A stretch of 64,000 nt of DNA from Deltaproteobacteria bacterium (GTDB lineage Bacteria > Myxococcota_A > Polyangia > Fen-1088). The notes beneath the pieces were generated by a model. It saw only the letters and a list, made by a program, of their open reading frames with translations. It did not search any database and was not told the origin of the DNA. The stretch covers positions 1 through 64,000 of the forward strand of contig JANRKS010000002.1 in the NCBI GenBank assembly GCA_033763315.1, written 5' to 3'. Below are positions 21,101 to 30,514 of this stretch, in pieces. Every line of letters starts with the position of its first letter. Positions within the stretch are counted from its first letter, which is position 1. A program made the translations under genes and the position numbers.

Positions 21101-21344
21101 CCTCGCGATCGCCAGCGTGTTGGCGGTGGCGGCGTTCGTGTTGATTGAAATGAACCGAGACAACGTTTTGAGCGTGATGAGCGGCACCACGCCAGGAAGC
21201 ATCTCGCTCGACGCCAGCTTTGCACGTTCGTTGATCTTGCACGTCGCGGTGCCGGCCCTGGGCCTGGCGGCAACGTTCTTCCCCAGTCTAGGCGCCGTCG
21301 TAGGTGATTGGGTCTCGCCATTGCTTCAATTGTTCAAAAGCTGA
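18171..21344 (+). CDS. Large hypothetical membrane protein: extracytoplasmic N-terminal domain plus multi-TM C-terminal domain
   Basis: ~1050-aa ORF with N-terminal signal-like segment, ATVPDP, WLPW, VFLVGE and ILGPTFSGS motifs, then roughly ten hydrophobic helices. Confidence 0.8.
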   Translation: MKDHGFGVVIRRSVAVACLLCFILLANRHATAEATVSSSDSVLAKGAVTVGAGVEPVQACNDKFDFEGVMQGLFPLLGTGKVDVLTATVPDPIDTSFASSFDQFLGAIRDAAASAGFSSVSHWLPWQTDVRLPEVVPNHDVDAHSLRPWACLPGVLTFRREGETDSSLIVFLVGESATQGVHRVAMRVALEKALSILEERHLWILGPTFSGSAFSIRQVLDNIDDRQKDEFIFTMRSGSATSPTVKAAVTDAASPRNRFSATVVPDNVQTCALYRYLSDTLEVAMDDVAVLVESNTAFGNFLKDFQCKGTDEAPLAPRLVVPFPLHAAQMRSAWNGKRDKKAEAAAALVPAPFAAADLAMTVPESTDQVPLLAPDAGNAGAQLLTEDVMTTICRQRVRYLGIYASDARDVLALGTAALQYCPRLALFTLGPDRILHHVQAKALRGMLVASSYPLHASSQEHVFPYLGGKRLLAFANEAAQGVFNATLLFLGASEFLVDFAELDVGGYAEKARNIARPAVWISAVGRDGLWPIAARPYGDGDRDFVERVEIGTSDKTLRKDRLPAFRSAPPTGFLALTLIVPLFGILNLCGLLAQSNPRAAPSRRRSLWGWLDLYRRVSPRFDVKRRMTIAALFFALILLHCAVLLLLCIPLQLGHRVGLWPQTLLTAVVLGLLVVAFGSVLLRLPLWVPRRRVMQLALDRLAARLCLGAALGFGFLAGGLHASESLGVLGLSLALFYERVTNVMSGLSPAVGGLFYMIALVFAAVSELNRLRLLSFAHRFSWRCFDFTIPFSGTSNVSEKLAASLRTKPWGFVVVFAAMIFGRWFGSADYHHPFEGAWLGILFCRVGPYVVVGMLAFQMLRFARIWVVLRRHLRAEAESHAVPDPTKLFPSHILMCLQLPLDPTLEDQLVRHFRGLRAPGPTLLEEARCARLMLFVSYVRAHMHNLMTFATSCGVALLFISTSYPFKLQHSTSIITGLAIASVLAVAAFVLIEMNRDNVLSVMSGTTPGSISLDASFARSLILHVAVPALGLAATFFPSLGAVVGDWVSPLLQLFKS

Positions 21345-21449
21345 GAATCGCCATCATAAAGTCACGCTGAGCTATCGCGTGCCCCGACCCCGGTTCCCTT
21401 TTCGGATCCACCAGAGCGCGGCCGAAATTGCGGAGGGACTCCGTTCACG

Positions 21450-21571
21450 CGATACCCAGCAAGCGCGATGGGGCCGCCAAAGCCGAATGTGCCTAGATAA
21501 AGGAAGTACTTAAGTAGGGCAGGAAGGCCCGGGTTACGCGTAGACTGAATTGTATTGTCGTTGATTTCCAT
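21450..21571 (-). pseudogene. N-terminal remnant of a chromate transporter (ChrA family)
   Basis: LLKYFLYLGTFGFGGPIALAGY matches the ChrA GFGGP motif. Homology ends abruptly and the ORF (to 21362) is only 69 aa. Confidence 0.7.
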
Positions 21572-21685
21572 GACTGCAACCGACCTTCCCTATAGAACAT
21601 TGGGCCCAATGCATGTGGGCCGGATGGCGCCCGTGAGCCCAGCGTGTGCCAGTCGCGCGGGCAATCCGTAAACGCTGTCTCAGGT

Positions 21686-23896
<2,211 letters not shown>

Positions 23897-23928
23897 TTAG
23901 GATGCATCAACCAAAGCCATTGACTCAA

Positions 23929-23965
23929 AGACAATGTGGTTATGGCAGTGATAGCTTTATCCTAT
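23929..23965 (-). promoter_or_regulatory. Candidate OxyR operator upstream of katG
   Basis: Minus strand reads ATAG-N7-CTAT-N7-ATAA-N7-GTCT, close to the OxyR consensus ATAG-N7-CTAT-N7-ATAG-N7-CTAT. Confidence 0.6.
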
Positions 23966-23993
23966 GCGCCGCAAAAACGCACGGTGGCGCCGT

Positions 23994-24022
23994 GAAAGAA
24001 AAAGCCGCTCTGAGATGCGGCT
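23994..24022 (-). terminator. Rho-independent terminator
   Basis: AGCCGC-N8-GCGGCT stem followed by TTTTCTTT on the minus strand, just downstream of the beta-helix gene. Confidence 0.6.
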
Positions 24023-24069
24023 CTTCCTCCCTGGCGATTCAGCGAATGGTCCGCGTGGCGACAGGCGGG

Positions 24070-26166
24070 TTAGAGCGGCCTGCGGCGCTTGAGCCAGACG
24101 CCGGCAGCAATGATCAGCAGCCACAATAGACCCGAATCCGGTGCAGCCGTGGCCGCGAATGCGCAACTGCCGGTCACCCGTTCACCGTTGCGCGAGTGCC
24201 CCTCCTGTTCATCTTGGTCGTTCGTATCATCGTGCGTTGTCGGATCGGTTTGCTCGTTCTGCCGGGGTGAGCCCTGGGCTCCCGTGGCGTCGTGTCCGCC
24301 CGTCGTGCCGCCACTGCTTTGCATGGCGTCGCCGTTCGCCGTGGGGACGTCTGCCTCGGGCTGCGCGGGTGCATCGGGGACCTTCGGCTCGGTGACTTCC
24401 TCATCGGTCGCCGGATCCGCAACTGTGGCAGCCGAGGTCGGCACCGCCAGACCGTATTTTGTCTTCATCTGCCAGGCCCACAACGACGCTGTCGGTGCTT
24501 TAGGCCGCGCCGGCATGGCGTATGTTGGCGTGACGGTGTTGTTTGTATCGACATCCGGCCGGTCGAACCCCAAGTACTTCTGCGCCACGGGAATACCGAT
24601 GAATGCGTTGTCGATGAAACGGATGTTCTTGCCCTGGGCGGGCTGGTTGGCCGTCGGTGTGCCGTTGACAAAGCCCGCGCCAAAAAAGACGCCGCCTTCC
24701 GTGCCGGGGTTCATCCTGCGCGCAAACACGTTGCCGCGGATGAGCAAACCATCGGACAGATCTTCGATGCGTAGCAGTGCCCCGTTTTGCCCTGCCAAGT
24801 CGACCCGGTTATAGCTGAAGATCCAATTCTGATTGAGGCCGCCGAAGATAGGGCCTGCGCCCCTCTGTTTTACGATGAAGTCGCAATTCCAAACCACGTT
24901 GCGCGGGCCGTGCACGCTATGCAAAGTGCTTTGTAACCCCGTGCTTCCCATGATTTGGCTGGCACGCAAGATCTTCGGATAGGTCTCTTGCTCAGAGCCC
25001 ACTTGGCCATCGGTCTGCACAAGCAAATTTTCGAAAAGATTTTCAGTTGTCCAATTCGTGTGCCACTGCGCGTCCGAGTTGTAGAACTTGCTGTTGCGAA
25101 TCACATTTCCCGAAGCTTGGTCCTGAAGGTTGGGCGCATGGCGCATATCGTATGTGGTGACGTTGTCCATGAGGCTGTCGTAGGTGCTCCAAAAGCCCGC
25201 GTAGCCTGTGCCATTTCCACCGCGGTCGCGGACCTTATCGAAGACCGCGTCCCGCACCTCGCCATGCTTGGAATTGCCGAAAGCCACCGAAAAGTGGCCG
25301 GCCTGGTTGATCTTCACGTTCTTTAGCCAGCACTCATATGTCCGATCGAATGCAACGCCGTGGAACGATCCAGCGATGGCCTGCTCCACCGTGAGATCTT
25401 CGACGCCACATCGTCTGACGGCCCCAAACTTCTTCACCACACCGTTGGATTTGGCTCCGCCCACGCGAACGGGCTGATCCAATGTGACTGTGTTCCCTGT
25501 GACCTTCACCACGCGATAGATGTTGCGGCTATATACGCCTGCACCAAACAGGGTCTGCGTCGCTGGCGTCAAATATGTTTTGGGGCCTGACCATTCAAGC
25601 GCAAGCAAATCGCCCGCCACGAAGGCATGCGAACTCAATGCAAGTTCCATGGCGCCTCTTGGAACATCCATGGCCAAGGCGCGCGTGTCGATATTGCCCT
25701 TTCCCTTGAACGTTATGATGCCAGGGGCGTTCCAAGCGTCCTTGCCGCCGACGCCAGCACGCAAAACGATGTGAGTTTTGTCCCGGCCCGCGCCACGTAG
25801 AACCACGCCGTCCGCTTCGATTCGAATGGGTGCGTCAAGCGTGATCTCGCCTTCAGGAAGCTCCACAACGCCGCCTCCTTGTTTTATGGCGGTCTGCACA
25901 CCAGCTTCCAATGCTGCGCGCGTTCGGGCCGTAATACGCGCCACCACGGGCAGGTCACTTGGGATCCCGCCTTCAATTCCAGCGTACGTGAAGTCTGGGT
26001 AAATCTCGCCGTCAGGACCTTTGAAGTCGATGAAATCGCGGTGGCTCCTGCCGCTCAACGGCTCCGCGGCCTGCACATGAGACGCTGCAAGAAGCAACAA
26101 GCTGGCAATCGCTTTCGTGAAGCCGCTGCCGCCGAACAACCTTTTAGCTGCGTGATTCGGTGTCAT
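24070..26166 (-). CDS. Secreted right-handed beta-helix (pectin-lyase fold) protein with MYXO-CTERM anchor
   Basis: Signal peptide ending VQA, YPDFTYAG, GGGVVELPEG...VVLRGAG..KT, CGVEDL..ECWLKNV; C-terminal GSCAF-hydrophobic-KRRR. Confidence 0.82.
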   Translation of the reverse strand: MTPNHAAKRLFGGSGFTKAIASLLLLAASHVQAAEPLSGRSHRDFIDFKGPDGEIYPDFTYAGIEGGIPSDLPVVARITARTRAALEAGVQTAIKQGGGVVELPEGEITLDAPIRIEADGVVLRGAGRDKTHIVLRAGVGGKDAWNAPGIITFKGKGNIDTRALAMDVPRGAMELALSSHAFVAGDLLALEWSGPKTYLTPATQTLFGAGVYSRNIYRVVKVTGNTVTLDQPVRVGGAKSNGVVKKFGAVRRCGVEDLTVEQAIAGSFHGVAFDRTYECWLKNVKINQAGHFSVAFGNSKHGEVRDAVFDKVRDRGGNGTGYAGFWSTYDSLMDNVTTYDMRHAPNLQDQASGNVIRNSKFYNSDAQWHTNWTTENLFENLLVQTDGQVGSEQETYPKILRASQIMGSTGLQSTLHSVHGPRNVVWNCDFIVKQRGAGPIFGGLNQNWIFSYNRVDLAGQNGALLRIEDLSDGLLIRGNVFARRMNPGTEGGVFFGAGFVNGTPTANQPAQGKNIRFIDNAFIGIPVAQKYLGFDRPDVDTNNTVTPTYAMPARPKAPTASLWAWQMKTKYGLAVPTSAATVADPATDEEVTEPKVPDAPAQPEADVPTANGDAMQSSGGTTGGHDATGAQGSPRQNEQTDPTTHDDTNDQDEQEGHSRNGERVTGSCAFAATAAPDSGLLWLLIIAAGVWLKRRRPL

Positions 26167-26267
26167 GAAGAATGTAAGTGGTGCGGGGCGCTCGATCGGT
26201 TGAACAAAAGTCAGCGTGAGACGCGAAATATCTGCAACCGCGTGGCCAGCAGAAACAACGATAAGGC

Positions 26268-27524
26268 ATGGATGCACGCTCGCTCTGCAAGCTCGGCCTG
26301 TTGTTTACATTCAGCCTAGGCGCATGCGCCGCGGCGGATGATTTCGCTGCCAATACAGACGAAGTAGACGCAGCCCGCGGCACACAAGCGGGCGGGGAGG
26401 GGCACGGAGGCGCGGGCGGGCAAGGGGGGCGCAACCTTGGAGGCAAAGGAGGTGCCATCACAATGGTTACCGACGCCGCGCAGTCCGTCGACGCGGTGGC
26501 CGTGAAACCCGATGCCGCTGTAACGGATGCGTATATCGATCCGAACGGTCCGAAGCATTTGCTCATTTACGTGACGCCTCACGGTCAGCTACACGATTCC
26601 TGGCGGCCGAACGTGTCGGGCGAGACCATCGTGAACTTCGCAGGCACGTTGGGCCCACTGCAGCCCTACGTGGCGAACACCTTGATGTTCGAGTTTGCGC
26701 CCATCGCGCCTTTGCCCAAAAACGATCCGGCCGTTGCGACAGAGCATACCTTTGAAGGTCTTGTGCTGTTGACGGCACAGGCACCACCTTCGTGGAAAGG
26801 CACGGTGGCGTCCGCTTCGTCGCTGGATGAGTTGGTTGCGCGGCATATGGGCGGCAAGGCCTTGCGTGTCGGCGTATTCGGATCGGGGCCAGGTCCATGT
26901 TGGGTGAACGAGGGTGCCGTCGTGCAGCCAGTGCCGCTACAGCCCAACGTTACTCTGGCGTATGCGTCTGCGTTCGGCACGACTGCACCTCCCCCATTCG
27001 ATGTGTCGCCCACGACCAATGATGCGTTAATCGAAAAGCAGTTCGGCCTGGTGGCGAAAGCTTTCGTCACGGGCGGCGAATTTCCCGTCGCCGTTTTGGG
27101 TGCCACGGATCCACCCCCCGAGCTTGTGGGCCCAGGTGGATACCATCAGTTGGCGCACGACGCGCACGACAAGCGTGACCAATGGGTGAAGGCAACAACG
27201 TGGTACACGACAAAGCTTGTCGCGTTTTTGCAATCCTTGGATGACAAAACACGCAAGGAGACGGTGGTGTTCTGGATCTCAGACCAATACCGCCCTTGGC
27301 ACCACACACTCAGCGATCAGACAGCCGGCGATGGGGTTCCCGTAGTGATCATTGCGGACCGCGCGGGGCCGTTAAAGACGGGGCGTTTTGTGCATCCGCG
27401 TGGTTATACACACGGGGATCTTCTTCTCTCGGTGGGTAGCCTGTTTGGTGTTCGTGCTCTGTCGCCGGGGGCGGTCACAAAAAGTGTCGTGACCGAATTG
27501 TTCTCTGCAAAGGCCGGCAACTAG
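26268..27524 (+). CDS. Divergent, shortened DUF1552-like lipoprotein (orphan)
   Basis: Lipobox LGAC; KHLLIYVTPHG..WRP, LGPLQPY, SLDELVA, YHQLAH, WY...L, ETVVFWISD, LKTGRF, HGDLLLSV parallel the other DUF1552 copies. Confidence 0.72.
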   Translation: MDARSLCKLGLLFTFSLGACAAADDFAANTDEVDAARGTQAGGEGHGGAGGQGGRNLGGKGGAITMVTDAAQSVDAVAVKPDAAVTDAYIDPNGPKHLLIYVTPHGQLHDSWRPNVSGETIVNFAGTLGPLQPYVANTLMFEFAPIAPLPKNDPAVATEHTFEGLVLLTAQAPPSWKGTVASASSLDELVARHMGGKALRVGVFGSGPGPCWVNEGAVVQPVPLQPNVTLAYASAFGTTAPPPFDVSPTTNDALIEKQFGLVAKAFVTGGEFPVAVLGATDPPPELVGPGGYHQLAHDAHDKRDQWVKATTWYTTKLVAFLQSLDDKTRKETVVFWISDQYRPWHHTLSDQTAGDGVPVVIIADRAGPLKTGRFVHPRGYTHGDLLLSVGSLFGVRALSPGAVTKSVVTELFSAKAGN

Positions 27525-27578
27525 GCAGTCTTCGCTTCCGTGCCACAGTTCCCCTTGAACGCGGCGTGTGCGGCTCAC

Positions 27579-28718
27579 CTACTCTGGATTGGCTCGCAGT
27601 CGTCGTTCGGCGTCCGCGCGGAAGAGCCCGTGTGGGTAGCGTTGCAAGTAAAGGCGTAACGACGATTGGGCCCGCTCGTCTGCAGCGAGGCTTTGCCACA
27701 GCTTTGCCGCCGCAAACAACGCGTTCTCTCCCGCGCGGGTCGCAACGTATTTTGCGGCCACCAATTCGTACTGCCGCGCGGCCGCAGATAGGTCGCCACC
27801 TATCTGGTGGCACTCTGCGAGCAATGTCTCAACTTCGGCGCGCACATTTGGTTCAAGCGTCTGCTGCAAGATCCGCTTTGCCAATGCGGAAGCGCTGGCT
27901 GATTCCCCTTGAGCCATCTTCTGACGTGCTTGTGCAAGCAGGTCTGCGTATCCGGCCGTGGGCGAGGTTGCAGGTGCAACGTCGGGCAGCATCCACCGTT
28001 GGCCACGCCTGAGCGAGGGCACCAGCACGCGTCCAGCAAGGCTAAGGATGCGCACCTGGCCCTCCTGCACCACCACCGACTGGCTGTCCACGAGGGCACG
28101 CGCTCCCAGAACCTCGACGCGAAAGAAGCGCGTTTGCACAACGTATTTGCGCGCATCGCCGGGAGGCGCCGAAATTTGGACCCGGCCATCTTCTAAGGCC
28201 AGGTCCACGCCCCTTCTTGGTTTGCCGAAGTGGGCCTCTCCAACACGTTTGACTTGTGTACCGCCCATCGCCATGCCGGTTTCGGCGTCAGGCGCGGCAT
28301 GCACCCACGGCAAGGCGACAGGCGGGGCAGCCGTCAGGCGGGACAGAAGCGGCGGCTTGCTTGGCGACAAGGCCGCAGGGGACGCATCGTTGGACTTTCC
28401 AGGCCGAGAAACGAAAGCATAAAGGAAGAGCGAGGCCGCTGCTGCGACACTCAATGCCCCCATTGTGCGCCACGGCAAAGGCTGGGAAGGGCGAGGCGCA
28501 AATGCGGCGTCGACAGCCACCTTCGCGACATTCGGTCGTGGAGGCGGCGCTTCGCCGTAAGCAAACGACAGGTCGCGAAAAGATTGGACGAAACGCCAAT
28601 ATTGTTGGCATTCATCGCACGTCGCGACGTGCCTTTGCTGCGACGATTGCGCTTTCATCGGCAACGTCCCACTGAAGTCGTCTATCCAGGATTGCGTCAC
28701 CTCGCATTCGTTTGTCAT
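27579..28718 (-). CDS. Anti-sigma factor: zf-HC2, TM helix, FecR-like domain, TPR tail
   Basis: HVATCDEC zinc motif, TM segment, LALEDGRV...YVVQTRFFRVEVLG..VQEGQV, YLQRYPHG. ATGA-coupled to the sigma gene. Confidence 0.85.
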   Translation of the reverse strand: MTNECEVTQSWIDDFSGTLPMKAQSSQQRHVATCDECQQYWRFVQSFRDLSFAYGEAPPPRPNVAKVAVDAAFAPRPSQPLPWRTMGALSVAAAASLFLYAFVSRPGKSNDASPAALSPSKPPLLSRLTAAPPVALPWVHAAPDAETGMAMGGTQVKRVGEAHFGKPRRGVDLALEDGRVQISAPPGDARKYVVQTRFFRVEVLGARALVDSQSVVVQEGQVRILSLAGRVLVPSLRRGQRWMLPDVAPATSPTAGYADLLAQARQKMAQGESASASALAKRILQQTLEPNVRAEVETLLAECHQIGGDLSAAARQYELVAAKYVATRAGENALFAAAKLWQSLAADERAQSSLRLYLQRYPHGLFRADAERRLRANPE

Positions 28719-29356
28719 CCGCACCCTCCCGACTTCCCTTGCTCCCAGGCCGTATCTGGCAATGGTTTCATGAGGGCGCGCAACTCCGGATCTCTGCGCG
28801 CCCTTTCGAACAGAAATTTCCGCGCCCAAAAAATCCGCGACTTTGTGGCCGATGTGCTCGTGCCCGTCATGACCGCCACTTCATCAATGCTGTGGCCCTC
28901 AACGACGTGCAGCACGAAGGCGAGTCGCTTGTCTGCATCGATGCGATTCAGCAGATCGTGGATGCGCGACAGCTGCTGCCTGTCTTCCGCTGCCAGTTGC
29001 GACTCCCGCCACGCTTCTGACGACTGCTTCTCCAGGCCAGCTTCATCGAGCGCTACAATTCGTCGTCGGTCGGGCCGCCTAAAATGGTCTCGCACCACGG
29101 CGGCCGCTATGCCACACAACCAGCGCGCCACCGTCGATTCACCCCGATATGCTGGGAATGCTTTGACGGCAGCGATGAGAGTGTTCTGCAAAAGATCGTC
29201 TGCGTCGGTTCCAGGGCCCACCAAACGCCGTAAAAAGCGCGAAAGCTGCGGCGAATGCATCGAGAACATTCTCTCTAAAGCCACCCGATCGCCGGCGCGG
29301 CACGCCGCAACCAACGCGGAGTCGTCCGCGACCTTCGAGGAAGCCACTGATTGCAT
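28715..29356 (-). CDS. ECF RNA polymerase sigma factor
   Basis: DADDLLQNT, YRGESTVARWLCGIA, KRLAFVLHVVEGHSIDEVA, KSRIFWAR. Confidence 0.93.
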   Translation of the reverse strand: MQSVASSKVADDSALVAACRAGDRVALERMFSMHSPQLSRFLRRLVGPGTDADDLLQNTLIAAVKAFPAYRGESTVARWLCGIAAAVVRDHFRRPDRRRIVALDEAGLEKQSSEAWRESQLAAEDRQQLSRIHDLLNRIDADKRLAFVLHVVEGHSIDEVAVMTGTSTSATKSRIFWARKFLFERARRDPELRALMKPLPDTAWEQGKSGGCG

Positions 29357-29521
29357 TCGCGAGAACACCCTTGAGGAGAGCAGTTGCCGGGCCAGATGAA
29401 TCGGTTGAAAGAAAAGATCAGAATCCGACCGTGCGCAGTCAACTGTGACCGACGTCTCCAGAATTACCCAGATCAAAACGAATGGCTGGATCCACAGCCA
29501 CCGCTGCTATTCTTGTGACGG

Positions 29522-30514
29522 ATGTACCGTGCGCTCCTCGCAGCAGGCCTGCTTATGACTTTCGGCAGGTTCGGCTCTGCCGTCGCCGCGGTGCCCGTGG
29601 TCCTATTCCTGCCAAGTGCGCCATTGAATGACGACGGCGTCCTGATCGATGCGTTGCGAATTCACCTCCATGGCGTTGCCACCTTGGCTGTAGATGCGGG
29701 CCTGGCCCCCGTTGATGTGGCAGAGTCGCTGGCTCACGCGCAGAGCCGCCTCGAGGCAACCGGAGCCGACGTAGCTTTGTGGACCTTGACCACAAAGGAT
29801 GCGGATACAGTGGTGCTTCATGCCGTCAAGCGGGCCAGCCCCCACGCGATGCTTGAGGTTGCACGACTCAATGACCCGCCGGGCCCGGCTCGCGCCAGAA
29901 CTTTGGCGCTAAAGGCGGGTGAGCTCGTGATGTTATCGCTGCCCGTCGACACGGCACCGACGGCCCACACGCTTAGCCATTCGGCGGACACGCTTCACAA
30001 AGTTGCGGCGCCGGGCTTCGTCCTTCGCCTCGAAGCGTTGGCGTTGCTCGCAGGGCCGTATGCGGGGGGCACCGGTTTGGCAGCGGTGTTGGCCCGCCGG
30101 TTCTCGCAAGGAGTTTGGGAAGCCGGGCTTGAGTCAACCTTCGTTGACCTTTTCGACGGCACGGTGAACGACGCGCAATTGCACGAGCGCCGGTTGTCCC
30201 TGGCCGCGGTGGCCCACCGATCATTTTACTGGAAAAAGTGGCGCTTCGGCGGAGCCGCAATCGCAGGAGCTGCGGCACATCAGGCCAGTGTCAGTACAGC
30301 CACGCAGAGGGGATCAGAGATCGACGTGTCACCCTTTGCGGCGGCACAGATTGATGGTGGCCGCGCTCTCGGACGTTCCTGGGGATGCGCCCTCGTGTTT
30401 CGGGACGAGGTCTTTTTACGTCGCTGGAATTATTTGGTGGAAGGAGCAGCGATCCGCACAACACCACGATCGAACGTATCGATAGGGCTGCAATTTTGGG
30501 TGATGCTGCCATGA
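29522..30514 (+). CDS. Hypothetical exported protein, probable C-terminal beta-barrel-like domain
   Basis: Signal peptide, RARTLALKAGELV helix, linker, then amphipathic beta-strand pattern. ATGA-coupled to the GH9 gene. Confidence 0.7.
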   Translation: MYRALLAAGLLMTFGRFGSAVAAVPVVLFLPSAPLNDDGVLIDALRIHLHGVATLAVDAGLAPVDVAESLAHAQSRLEATGADVALWTLTTKDADTVVLHAVKRASPHAMLEVARLNDPPGPARARTLALKAGELVMLSLPVDTAPTAHTLSHSADTLHKVAAPGFVLRLEALALLAGPYAGGTGLAAVLARRFSQGVWEAGLESTFVDLFDGTVNDAQLHERRLSLAAVAHRSFYWKKWRFGGAAIAGAAAHQASVSTATQRGSEIDVSPFAAAQIDGGRALGRSWGCALVFRDEVFLRRWNYLVEGAAIRTTPRSNVSIGLQFWVMLP

